64,000 nucleotides of DNA from contig JAWAKK010000001.1 in NCBI GenBank assembly GCA_038887515.1, positions 384,001-448,000 on the forward strand, written 5' to 3'. Source of the DNA: Candidatus Nezhaarchaeales archaeon. GTDB lineage: Archaea; Thermoproteota; Methanomethylicia; Nezhaarchaeales; WYZ-LMO8. How positions within the stretch are numbered: position 1 is the first letter of the stretch; each line of letters begins with the position of its first letter. The notes under the pieces were generated by a model. That model did no database searches. It worked only from the letters and a program-made list of their open reading frames with translations, and had not been told where the DNA came from. A program made the translations under genes and the position numbers. Shown one piece after another: positions 40,028-50,067 of this stretch.

Positions 40028-41215
40028 ATGTGGTGGTTAAGTTTCGTCTTCCACGAAGCTGGGTTTAACTTACTATTGATATTCTTACCGCTCTACGTAG
40101 TTGCTATTGGTGGATCACTTATCGATGTCGGCATTATGTGTATGATCGGTCAACTCTTAGTTATTCCAACCTCGATGTTTTGGGGTTACGCTTGCGATAA
40201 GACTAGAAGTTACAAGTTCTTTATCCTCCTGTCATTTCTATCCCTCTCGGTAATAATTTACTCCTTTATGATAGCCACGAAGGTAAGCCACCTAATAATC
40301 CTATATGCTGCATTATTTATTTTCCATTCAGCTCACGGTCCTCCGAGAAACGTGTTGATAGCAGAGCTATATACCTACGAAGAGTGGAAAAGGAACTTTG
40401 CAGTATTTGGAGGGTTCGCGGAGATCGGGCGGCTTATAGGATTGCTCATGGGCGCCTACATTTCATTTAGCGGGGCAAATACTGCCTCCCTAATAACCCT
40501 ATGTGGTAGCCTACACATAGTTGCTTTCATTTCATCTATCGTCCTTATTAAAGATCCCATAGTAATATTGGAGCGTCGTTTAGTAACTATAAGAAAGGTC
40601 GTAGACTTCATAAATAGTGGAGTATCTACCCTTTGTAAAGCCCTCGACGGTCTCTCTAGAACCCCTACTTATAGAGGGGAAAACATAAAGGCTTTTTGTA
40701 GCGGCTTAACTTTTTTTCAAATGGCATCGTCCATGCTTTTTACCCCTATGCCCATATTTCTTTCACGTAAACTAGCTCTTCAACAAGGCATGATCTTTGC
40801 AGTGTACGCCCTAAATTCTCTGGCTGTGATTTTAGGTTACCTATACTTAATTCATAGACCGAGCGAAACTGTTGATAAGACTTCTCTGCTTAAAATAGTA
40901 TTATTAAGAGGCGTGTTAGCCTTCTCAATGATCGCCGCATTATCATCAACATTCAGCATAGAAGCAATTACAGCCTTATTAGCTCTACTAGGCTACCTCT
41001 ACGCGCTGTTTGACGTCTACGTATTGACTATCTCTATGGAGTTTCTACCGCCTAAAAAAGTGGGGCTTATTGATGCTACAATAAACTTAGGCTCAGTCTG
41101 CGGAGCATTTATTGGGCCTCTCATCGCTGATATTATGGGCTTCAATTACGTTTTCCTGTTAAGTGGCATAACGTTCTTTGCTTCATTCGTAGCTTTTAAA
41201 GCCTTCAACAAGTAG
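40028..41215 (+). CDS. MFS transporter (copy 2)
   Basis: Same length (395 aa) as and colinear with 8540..9727. Confidence 0.88.
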   Translation: MWWLSFVFHEAGFNLLLIFLPLYVVAIGGSLIDVGIMCMIGQLLVIPTSMFWGYACDKTRSYKFFILLSFLSLSVIIYSFMIATKVSHLIILYAALFIFHSAHGPPRNVLIAELYTYEEWKRNFAVFGGFAEIGRLIGLLMGAYISFSGANTASLITLCGSLHIVAFISSIVLIKDPIVILERRLVTIRKVVDFINSGVSTLCKALDGLSRTPTYRGENIKAFCSGLTFFQMASSMLFTPMPIFLSRKLALQQGMIFAVYALNSLAVILGYLYLIHRPSETVDKTSLLKIVLLRGVLAFSMIAALSSTFSIEAITALLALLGYLYALFDVYVLTISMEFLPPKKVGLIDATINLGSVCGAFIGPLIADIMGFNYVFLLSGITFFASFVAFKAFNK

Positions 41216-41382
41216 TTTCTCGATTGATGCGATTCGTGCCGCATAGCTTCGTATAGACTGACGAGCCAGAGATTCATGGAGAAATACTACAGAATAACGT
41301 AAAGTTCGACACAAAGTCTCAACCAATTTTCGTAGAAGATTAGTGACAGTGCTAGTTTTATAATAGCAAGGGTTGAAGCTAT

Positions 41383-42276
41383 ATGATACCTAATAGGATG
41401 AAGAATGTAGTATTCTCGGCTATATTTATCATCCTCATCTTTACGTCGAGCATCCTAGCTTATGAAAATTACATACTACAAGGGGCTACAACTTCCCTTC
41501 GACAAGAATTAAATGATGTGACTCTAAACTTTAAAGCCATCGAAGATAGATATGAACAGTTATTAAAAGAATACGAAAAACTCTCCTCAACGCATCAACA
41601 TTTCTTCGAGAGGTACCTTTCCCTCAACGAATCATATAACGCACTAAAGATGGAGCACTTTATAATCCTCAAAAACTACGAGAAGCTTATGGCGGACTAC
41701 CTAGAATTAACTACAGCTTATTTGCTACTCAACAATTCTTATACAGCTCTCCTTCAAAGATACGAAGAACAGGTTAAAAGTTACTTGGAACTTCAAGGTA
41801 CTTACGAGCTCATTTCTAACAAGTTCGAAGCACTACAAGCTAACTTTTCGCTCTTAAAGAAGGCTTATGATGATGTCTGCTTTGCGATGTATCGCCCGCT
41901 TCTATCGAGTGATATTATTACTCCAACAATCAGCGAACTCGATGACTGGCTTAGACAAGACACTACAGATCTTATACCTTACTCAAAGTGGGACTTCATT
42001 TGTGGGGACTATGCAGTAATGTTGTCGATGCATGCCAAGCTAAATCGCTGGGACATGGGTATAGTGCTGGTCATTGGCAGAGATTCTCAAGGAAACACTT
42101 TCAATCACGTATTCAACGCTATAAAGTGTAGAGAAGGTTTAGTATACATTGAACCCCAAAACGACCAAATTTTCTACGGACCAATAACGGTAAGCGGTTG
42201 GTATTACCATCCGGGATTTGGAATGATACATGTCGAAAACTTCATAATTGTAGTGCCCTACCAAATACCATTATAA
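41383..42276 (+). CDS. Membrane-anchored coiled-coil protein with C-terminal transglutaminase-like domain
   Basis: N-terminal TM, heptad Tyr/Leu repeats, FICGDYA...HVFNAI...YIEPQND. Confidence 0.65.
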   Translation: MIPNRMKNVVFSAIFIILIFTSSILAYENYILQGATTSLRQELNDVTLNFKAIEDRYEQLLKEYEKLSSTHQHFFERYLSLNESYNALKMEHFIILKNYEKLMADYLELTTAYLLLNNSYTALLQRYEEQVKSYLELQGTYELISNKFEALQANFSLLKKAYDDVCFAMYRPLLSSDIITPTISELDDWLRQDTTDLIPYSKWDFICGDYAVMLSMHAKLNRWDMGIVLVIGRDSQGNTFNHVFNAIKCREGLVYIEPQNDQIFYGPITVSGWYYHPGFGMIHVENFIIVVPYQIPL

Positions 42277-42384
42277 GAGGCTAAAAATAAAGAAGAGAAC
42301 AATGTTGTATGCTTCTATAGGATGAGGCTAATCAAATTAAGACGTAGATTCAAGTTTTAAAGCTAGATTTACATCAACCATCGC

Positions 42385-42711
42385 TTACCTTACTTTAGAC
42401 CCGGGAGGAGCATCGCCGTCAACAGTTAACCAGATCGGCTTACCGTTAACGTCCGCTGCTAGTAGCATGCCTTTCGACTCAACCCCTGCAATTCTCTTCG
42501 GCTTCAAGTTCACTAAAACTACAAGGCGCTTACCTACGAAATAACTTGGATCGTAGTATTCAGCTCCTCCTGCAACTATCTCTCTCACTTCGTCTCCTAC
42601 ATCAACCTTTAACTTTAAAAGCTTCTTTGACGTTGATATTCTTTCAGCTTCAAGTACGACTCCAATCCTAAGATCCAACAAGTTGAATTGATCTATAGTT
42701 ACCTCGCCCAT
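42385..42711 (-). CDS. tRNA-binding OB-fold protein (Trbp111/MetG C-terminal-like)
   Basis: LDLRIG, KLLKLKVDVG, VNLKPKRIAGVESKGMLLAA. Confidence 0.9.
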   Translation of the reverse strand: MGEVTIDQFNLLDLRIGVVLEAERISTSKKLLKLKVDVGDEVREIVAGGAEYYDPSYFVGKRLVVLVNLKPKRIAGVESKGMLLAADVNGKPIWLTVDGDAPPGSKVR

Positions 42712-42826
42712 AAATATCGCCGAAGAGATTATTAAGCTAGAATTTTAGGTTTTCGAGCGAATTTTTAACTGTCAGCTCAGCCGTCTTGAAGTCGTTGTAC
42801 GAATAAGACCTCGATGTAACCGCTAT

Positions 42827-43870
42827 TTACATGGTCTTGATGTGCTTTATCGGTATCTTAACGTAAATTTCATCCCCAACGTTGACTGGCGAAGATAGAT
42901 ATTCTTCTTCGGTTTGAACGGATACTAGCCTTAATCTATCTATAGAGACGGCTATTTTATATAGCGAACCGTTTCTAATTACTTGTTCGACAACCCCTCT
43001 AAAAGTGTTAAACCTTGTTTTGGGGTTTAACGTTTTCATTAATGCTATTCTCTCTGGCGGTATCGCTATTTTAGTTATTACACCGTCGTCGTGTGGCGCT
43101 AAAAGTTTAATGCCTCCACATTTGACTTCAGCCAACCCTTCGTGGATCAGCTTAAAGCTTTCACAACTTAAAATGTTATAGCTTCCAAGAACCTCTCTAA
43201 CTATGGGATCTGTAGTGTTAAAGAAAACTTCATTGAAAGAGCCTACACAACGTATTTCGCCTTTGACTAAGACTGCCACCCTATCGGCCAGCTGTTCTGC
43301 TTCAATTATATCGTGAGTTACGAACATAGTCGTAAGTTTAAGCTTTTTCTGCAAAGCTTTTAGTTCCATTCTTAGGCTCCTCCTCAACGAAACATCGAGG
43401 TTATTGAAAGGTTCGTCCATGAGTAAGACCTTGGGTTCAAGCACTATAGCCCTAGCTATTGCAACCCTCTGCTGTTCGCCGCCGCTAAGCGTTAACGGAT
43501 ATCGGTTTGCTAAGTATTTTATGTTGAGTGCATCCATGACCCTTTCGACTCTCTCATCTATGGTCTTCTCGCTCACCTCTCTCATCCTTAAGCCGAATGC
43601 TATGTTGTCCTTTACTGTTAGATGATTAAAGAGAGCTAAGTCTTGAGGTACATAGCCTATACCTCTTTCATAAGGCTTTAAGTGGTCGATAGGCTCTCCA
43701 TCGAATAAAACCGAGCCGTTGTAATCCACTAGGCCGGCTACAACGTTTAGGAGGGTCGTCTTACCAGAACCCGACGGCCCAAGTATTACCATAAGCTCTC
43801 CATCTTCAACTTCTAGATCGACTTTTCTTAACACGAAGTTTGAGACATTTCTAATACTTATTCTGGGCAT
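42827..43870 (-). CDS. ABC transporter ATPase with C-terminal TOBE-like domain
   Basis: GPSGSGKT, LSGGEQQRVAIARA, LMDEPF. Confidence 0.9.
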   Translation of the reverse strand: MPRISIRNVSNFVLRKVDLEVEDGELMVILGPSGSGKTTLLNVVAGLVDYNGSVLFDGEPIDHLKPYERGIGYVPQDLALFNHLTVKDNIAFGLRMREVSEKTIDERVERVMDALNIKYLANRYPLTLSGGEQQRVAIARAIVLEPKVLLMDEPFNNLDVSLRRSLRMELKALQKKLKLTTMFVTHDIIEAEQLADRVAVLVKGEIRCVGSFNEVFFNTTDPIVREVLGSYNILSCESFKLIHEGLAEVKCGGIKLLAPHDDGVITKIAIPPERIALMKTLNPKTRFNTFRGVVEQVIRNGSLYKIAVSIDRLRLVSVQTEEEYLSSPVNVGDEIYVKIPIKHIKTM

Positions 43871-44635
43871 TTACTTAACATACCCCCATTTCTTAAGCAT
43901 TTTAATTTCAATTTTTTCGATAATCAACTGAAATACGTAGTTCGTAATGGTTAGTATCAATATTATTGCCAGTATTATGTCCACCCTAAGCACTGACTGG
44001 GCCTCCATTGCTAGCGACCCTAAGCCTGGCGAGATGGCAGTCATCTCGACGACGAAGCAGGATCTCCACGCCATACCAGATTCAACTTTAAGTCCAGAAA
44101 AAATCGATGGAAGTACTTGAGGAAGTAGGACGTGAAGTATAGCCTTAAATCCCCTCGCACCCAAGGTCTGCGCTACTCTTATGACGTTCGGGCTTAAGCT
44201 TCTAACTCCAGTAAGGGTTACGTAGACCATTGGAGCGAAACTACACATGAAGATCACAGCTATAGGTAAACCCTCGTTTAACCCTATCCATATTATGAAT
44301 AGTGGGATCCAAGCGACAGCTGGTACAGTGTAGAGCAGAGTTACTATCGGGTATATAGCTCGATAGCTAAGCGTATGGTAAGCTACTACAAGACCTAAAA
44401 GTATTCCAAGGCTTGAGCCCAGACCTAAACCTATGAGGACTCTAGTAAGAGTCGCTACGTAGCTTAAGCCGAGCTTACCCGTAACGGCTAAGTTGAAGAG
44501 CGATTCCATAGTTTTACTAAAAGGTGGAAAAAGGTATGTTGGAAAAACTCCGGATCTAGCAACAATTTCCCAAATAACAAAGAGCAATATTAGCGATACC
44601 AGCTCAATTTTCAAGTATTTTTCGAGCGACTTCAT
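43871..44635 (-). CDS. NitT/TauT-type ABC permease
   Basis: LFPPFS, TVPAVAWIPLFIIWIG, AQTLGA EAA-like loop. Confidence 0.88.
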   Translation of the reverse strand: MKSLEKYLKIELVSLILLFVIWEIVARSGVFPTYLFPPFSKTMESLFNLAVTGKLGLSYVATLTRVLIGLGLGSSLGILLGLVVAYHTLSYRAIYPIVTLLYTVPAVAWIPLFIIWIGLNEGLPIAVIFMCSFAPMVYVTLTGVRSLSPNVIRVAQTLGARGFKAILHVLLPQVLPSIFSGLKVESGMAWRSCFVVEMTAISPGLGSLAMEAQSVLRVDIILAIILILTITNYVFQLIIEKIEIKMLKKWGYVK

Positions 44636-44645
44636 GGACCTAAGT

Positions 44646-45605
44646 CTACCTCCCCAATACGCTTGATAATATTGTAGTATTGATAAAGTCGCTAACGTTC
44701 ACGGGCTTTTCTATTACCCCGTATTTAACCATTAAGTCGATGTACCTCGTTACTTGATTAACATCTATTTCGTTACGGTAGTCGAGCCACCTCATGGAAT
44801 CAAGAGCCTCCTTGAAACTTATGTCAAGCTTATCGGCTACGATCCTCGCAGACTCCTCAAAGTGGTTGCGAATAAACTCCGTAGCCTTGACAGTAGCCTT
44901 CACTAGTCTCGCAGCCTTCTCAGGATCCTTCTCTAAAAAATCCTTCTTAACTACTAGGAAGCTTCCGGGCATTTCCGGCCATACGTCTTGGCTTCTTAAG
45001 AGGATCTTACACTCTCCGCGTCTAACAGCTAATGTAGCGTAGTGCTCTGGCAAGGCTGCGGCATCTATTTGTCCTGTTACCAAGGCATTTACGATTGCTG
45101 GAGGCTTCATCGGCTTAAGCGTAACGTTGAGCTTGTACTCATCCATGAGCATTCTTATCAAAAGGTAGTTGGGGCTACCGACGCCTGGATGCGCGATGAC
45201 CTTGCCGTTCAATTGATGTACGTCTTCTATATCTGACTTTACGACTAAAGCATAACCATGGAGGTGCGCTTGAGCTACTACTACTATGGGTACTCCAATA
45301 CTGTACGCTGACACTAGGGGTCCTAGGCAAGCCCATGCCACTTCTACGTCACCTTTAGTTAAGGCAGCAGCAAGCTCTACGCCCGTAACAAACGTTTGAA
45401 GGGACGTCACGTTCAAGCCTTCTTCCATAAAGATTCCCTTATCAAGAGCGACCCACGCGGCGGCTGAATGTGTGTTAAACTCGACGGCCATGGATATAGA
45501 CTCGACCTTCGTTTTAAAGGTCGGCAAAGTTATGAAAAGAACCAATGCCAACAGCGATATTAGCATGACGCCCGTTATAACGCTTACAACTCTGCTCGGT
45601 TTCAT
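44646..45605 (-). CDS. NMT1/SsuA-type ABC substrate-binding protein
   Basis: N-terminal anchor, ALDKGIFMEEGLNV, LNGKVIA, GQIDAAALPEHY. Confidence 0.85.
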   Translation of the reverse strand: MKPSRVVSVITGVMLISLLALVLFITLPTFKTKVESISMAVEFNTHSAAAWVALDKGIFMEEGLNVTSLQTFVTGVELAAALTKGDVEVAWACLGPLVSAYSIGVPIVVVAQAHLHGYALVVKSDIEDVHQLNGKVIAHPGVGSPNYLLIRMLMDEYKLNVTLKPMKPPAIVNALVTGQIDAAALPEHYATLAVRRGECKILLRSQDVWPEMPGSFLVVKKDFLEKDPEKAARLVKATVKATEFIRNHFEESARIVADKLDISFKEALDSMRWLDYRNEIDVNQVTRYIDLMVKYGVIEKPVNVSDFINTTILSSVLGR

Positions 45606-45666
45606 TAATTACCACTAAGAAGAAAGAAGAAGTTAAATTACTTATAAGACGTGCTAGAAAAAAATT

Positions 45667-45684
45667 TTAACTTTTTAAAGTTAA
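45667..45684. promoter_or_regulatory. Palindromic site TTAACT-N6-AGTTAA
   Basis: TTAACTTTTTAAAGTTAA, offset 25 nt from TTATAA (45642), as at modA. Confidence 0.65.
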
Positions 45685-45779
45685 CAAATGAATACATAAA
45701 CAAAACACTAAATTTACAAGAAGAATTTAATTATACTAGCCTGTTTTTGAACATTTAAATGCTTAAAACATGCACGTAA

Positions 45780-46529
45780 TTGGAGGATCTTCAGGTGATT
45801 ATTGAAGAACTTAAGCGAAGATGGTGGTCGAGGGTCTTAGCAAACAATCTCGAGAGAATTGAGGTAAAAGTTGAGGCAAGAGGGCTAAGTCCTGAAGAGG
45901 CAATTGGCAAGCCGCTTCGGATGGATTACCCGCTTTTTAAGGGGCGTGAAGTAATGATTCAGGCAGAGCTTTGTGGAGTGCCTGGACAGGCCTTTACGGA
46001 CGAGCCTTGCTACTATAGAGGAAGCATAAAGGATGTTCAGCAGATGGAGCTACGTTCCAACAAGGATAGAGCGCTTTTTGTAGCTACTGCGAATGCCACC
46101 TACAAGTACTTGGGGTTAATTTCGAATACCGTACACTGCAAAAACAATGGACCCGAGCTATGTGGCAAGAAAATTGCGGAGTTTCTCGCTTCTTTCTTAC
46201 CTGTGCGAACAAGAGTACTAATGATAGGCTTCCAACCTGCAATAGCACGCCATCTTTCAAGAATCTTCAAGGAGTTTCGAGTTACAGATATGGACCCTTC
46301 AAACATTGGACAGAAGAAGGAAGACGTATGTATTGAATCTTACGAAAATAATGCGGAGGCAATCGAATGGAGCGATGTGGTTTTAGCTACAGGTTCAACC
46401 ATAGTTAACGGCTCCATAGACGAGATAGTGAAGTTGTGTGAAGGCAAGAAATTAATGTTCTATGGAGTAACTATAGCGTCGGCTGCTTACGAATTCGGCT
46501 TCGAAAGGTTGTGCTTCATGTCAACCTAA
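45780..46529 (+). CDS. DUF364 (Rossmann-like, putative metal/cofactor-related) protein
   Basis: GQAFTD, RALFVATANA, IGFQP, DVVLATGSTIVNGSID. Confidence 0.75.
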   Translation: MEDLQVIIEELKRRWWSRVLANNLERIEVKVEARGLSPEEAIGKPLRMDYPLFKGREVMIQAELCGVPGQAFTDEPCYYRGSIKDVQQMELRSNKDRALFVATANATYKYLGLISNTVHCKNNGPELCGKKIAEFLASFLPVRTRVLMIGFQPAIARHLSRIFKEFRVTDMDPSNIGQKKEDVCIESYENNAEAIEWSDVVLATGSTIVNGSIDEIVKLCEGKKLMFYGVTIASAAYEFGFERLCFMST

Positions 46530-46577
46530 GTCCCAGTACTAAGAGGTTTAATAAAACACACTATTGACGTTCCCTTT

Positions 46578-47066
46578 TCAACTAGATTCTCGGACTATAA
46601 TAGTTATGCTAGTAGGAGGTACTGTCCCAGTGCTATACATTAAAGTAACCTTTTCGCTTTGACTAGTATCGCCGGTCTCGTCTTGTATCTCTATATTCTC
46701 AATTCTACTTCCGTCAACTACCAAAGTTACTAAAGCCTTCTTTGAGCTACCATAGTTTTTGTTTGCATATTCTCCGATCACGATTTTAACGATAAAGTCA
46801 TTGACACTTACATCGTTGAGGCGGTATACAGAGCCATCATTAAGAATATAGGGAGCCATCTGCCCTGAACCTGCCTCATTGCCGGTGGCTGAAGTAACGT
46901 TAATCCAGTAAATCTTAGTATCAGTGGCATCTATTATCTTTACATAGGCAGTCTTCATGTACATGTTAATGTCTTGGTGCCAAGGAATGTTTGCACCTGC
47001 GATGAATGTACTGAAGGCAACTAAAATAAAGATTAACATTAGATATAAAATCCTTTTTCTCATCAA
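46578..47066 (-). CDS. Secreted/membrane-anchored hypothetical protein
   Basis: Signal-peptide-like N-terminus, beta-rich body. Confidence 0.6.
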   Translation of the reverse strand: MMRKRILYLMLIFILVAFSTFIAGANIPWHQDINMYMKTAYVKIIDATDTKIYWINVTSATGNEAGSGQMAPYILNDGSVYRLNDVSVNDFIVKIVIGEYANKNYGSSKKALVTLVVDGSRIENIEIQDETGDTSQSEKVTLMYSTGTVPPTSITIIVRESS

Positions 47067-47468
47067 TATTTTACACCGAATGGTTCTAACATAGAATAAG
47101 CCGATAAGGGTTACGAAGATGGGCGACTATGAGCCTTCTTCGTACGAAGGTTAAATATAAGAGGTATAAACTTATTAAGAGTTGCCTCTTCAGCAATGTT
47201 TCATCGAAACCTTCGTAATTCGATTTAAAATCATAATTCTAAGCGAACGAACCTCTTTGTTCCAAGATTTATGCTAGGTCCTAACGCACTGTTTCAGGGC
47301 TTACCGTCGTTACATATCAATCCCACCTTTAATTGCATCATTTAGCACAACGCCAGGTAAGCGTAAAAAGGACGTACTTACGATCAATTTATGAGAAAAA
47401 CATAAATTCTCCTCTGTTTCAGCTAGAACGAACTTTGGCGCCATAAACAAAGGTGTAGGCGATGATCA

Positions 47469-48465
47469 ATGCTCGATTACAAATACTTCATTGGTCTAGG
47501 GACTCTAACGTTCTTAATAGTTTCTCTCTGTCTTCGAGGAAAGAGACCTAAAACTCCTATTTGGGGTATAATGGCTTTTGCATCTTTCATTACCGTGGTA
47601 TCAGGCCTTGAACCCATCGAAGCCGTCGGCTACAGCATAGACCTTAACGTAATATTATTCCTCATAGGCTTCTTTAGTATTGCTAGTTTAGCTGAGAGTT
47701 CCGGCCTTTTGACGGCAATTGCCTATTGGGTTCTATCGAAAGCTAAGAGCGTTTATGCTCTCATGTATATTTCAGCATTCTTATTCGGCATTCATGGTTA
47801 ACGATACCGTTGCCCTAGTAGGTCCTCCAATAGCTTATGTTATATCTAGAGTTGCCGGTGTGGATCCAAGGGTAGCGTTCCTATTATTGATGTTCTCCAT
47901 TACCGTAGGGTCAGTGATGACGCCCATAGGTAATCCTCAGAATATAGCTCATAGGGGCTTCATACCCTTAATAATAGCAACCGCCATGTATATAGTTACA
48001 TCAGAACCTAGAAAAGTACTTGCAGGTGTCGACTGGGGAACCATAATATTCTTTATAACTATGTTCGTCACTATGGACGGAATATGGAAGAGTGGTGTAT
48101 TGCAACCTCTGCTAAGCGCTATACACCCGTATAAGTTCGGTTGTTTATTGGACATAGCATCAATAACAGTCCTTTCAGTGATAGTCAGCCAAGCATTAAG
48201 CAATGTCCCCTTTACGAACATATACGTCGAATACATGAAAAGTCTCGGTTATACGGGGCTCGAAGTGAATTCTTGGCTTACACTAGCTTTTGTCTCTACA
48301 ATAGCAGGGAATTTAACTCTCTTAGGGGCTGCGTCAAACATAATAGTAGTCGAGATGATGGAATCCAAGTACGGCTCAACTGTAACATTCAAGGAGTTCT
48401 TTAAAGTCGGTGTTGTAGTGACTAGCGCCAATATAGCTATCTACCTGGCCTTCCTATTAATTTAA
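47469..48465 (+). pseudogene. ArsB/CitMHS (IT superfamily) anion transporter, disrupted
   Basis: Frameshift near 47790 (FMVNDT in a different frame); TPIGNPQNIA joined directly to HRGFIPL, so the central region is missing; SNVP and AGNLTLLGAASN motifs. Confidence 0.8.
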
Positions 48466-48524
48466 GAGCGGTGGGCTTTGCTGGCATGAACATTAATTAT
48501 TAAGATGGGCTACATCTTCAAAAC

Positions 48525-49110
48525 CTAGCGTTTAAGGCTAGCCAACTCTTTATGAATCGAGAGGGGTATTATGGAACTTACCACTATTAGAATGCCGGCT
48601 ACCGTAAACACGGTCTCAAACCCATACTTTTCAGTCAGAGTTCCACCGACGGCGGCGGTCAATGCTTGACCTAAACTCGTTGACACAGCGACCATCCCCC
48701 ATTCGAGGGATTCCCGGCCCTTATCTATGTAACGAGTAAAGAAGGCTCATGAATGGAGAGTAGCGTAGACCTATTCCTATACCATTTAACGTTTGGAGGA
48801 GGTAAACGTGCCATGGTAGCTTAGCTACGACGTATAAGAGGTATGAAAAGCCCGCTAGTACTGTGCCAAAGACTGAGAGGAGTATCTTCCCTCTCTCACT
48901 TAACTTTTTGTCGACTACGTAAGCCGAAGATAGCCTTGCCACTGAAAATGAGGCCATATAAGCTGTCGACGCAAGACCTGCAACGAACGGTGTTCCCCCT
49001 ACAATTCTGTTGGTAATAAAGATCGCGAATATTGGAGTTACCAGGCCCATACCAGTTAGAACTACGAAGTCGAATGATATTAAACTCCTTATAACTTTAT
49101 TAACTTTCAT
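48525..49110 (-). pseudogene. Half-size (6-TM) MFS-like protein with one frameshift
   Basis: After FMSL a second frame continues FTRYIDKGRESLEWG...GGTLTEKYGFETVF...KR*. Confidence 0.72.
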
Positions 49111-49354
49111 CGACCTTACACCCCAATTATCTTTATATTAAAATATCATCGATACATCTACTGACTTCTTCGTGCAGTCCTAAAATTGATTAACAGACTT
49201 ATAAGCTTCTAATTTGAAGAGACCACAGTTTAACCCTTCGCCGTAAACTGTCATTGAAAAGATAGAGCATCACGTGTTTCCTAATCGTAAATTCATGGAT
49301 TTACAATAACGTTAAGCTAAACAAATATCCACAGTTATGCCTTTTCATAACCCT

Positions 49355-49963
49355 TTAAGCATCTAATATTGTTAGGACGTCTTTCATCGGTTTTCGGATC
49401 GGCATTTCAGGTTTTTCAGCCGGATATCCTACTTCTACTATTGCTTGAGGTTCATAGTCCTCTGGTAAATTAAGTATCCTCTTCACCTCCTCTTGTGCGA
49501 AGAGGGGGGCGCACCTCCAACACCCAGCTAATCCTAAGGCATGTAGTGCTAACAAGAAGTTCTGTATCGCTGCTGCTACACTCTGAATTCCCATTATCCA
49601 CTCAGCTCTCGACCTCTCTTCATCGGAGTAGTTTTCGAGGTCCCTCTTAGCTAAGCAGAACATCACTAGCAATGGAGCGTTCATGAACCTTTCACTTGAA
49701 CTTGAAATTATGAGCTCGGCCTCACTTCGAGGAACCCTGTCTCTCAGCAAGTCAGCCATAAACTTCTTGGACATAGCTTCAACAAGCATTTTTCTCACAC
49801 TCCCTCTACCAATAACTACGAACCTCCAAGGCTGAGAGTTGTGGGCAGATGGAGCCCAAGTAGCAGCTTCGAGCGCCTTAAGTACAAGGTTTAGTGGGAC
49901 CTTACGATCTTCAAATTCTCTCACAGTCCTCCTAGCTCTCAACAATTCAAGCAAGTCAACCAA
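49355..49963 (-). CDS. Nitroreductase-family protein (FbiB C-terminal-like)
   Basis: RRTVREF, APSAHNSQPWRFVV, AAAIQNFLLALHALGL. Confidence 0.88.
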   Translation of the reverse strand: MVDLLELLRARRTVREFEDRKVPLNLVLKALEAATWAPSAHNSQPWRFVVIGRGSVRKMLVEAMSKKFMADLLRDRVPRSEAELIISSSSERFMNAPLLVMFCLAKRDLENYSDEERSRAEWIMGIQSVAAAIQNFLLALHALGLAGCWRCAPLFAQEEVKRILNLPEDYEPQAIVEVGYPAEKPEMPIRKPMKDVLTILDA

Positions 49964-50067
49964 AGCTCGTCACCAAGAAACGGTTATTTCTCGTCAAACT
50001 GCCCTTTCCCTTAAATCACAATTTTAGAAACTACCATTTTAAATGCTTACAAAAAGTTCTTAGGTTT

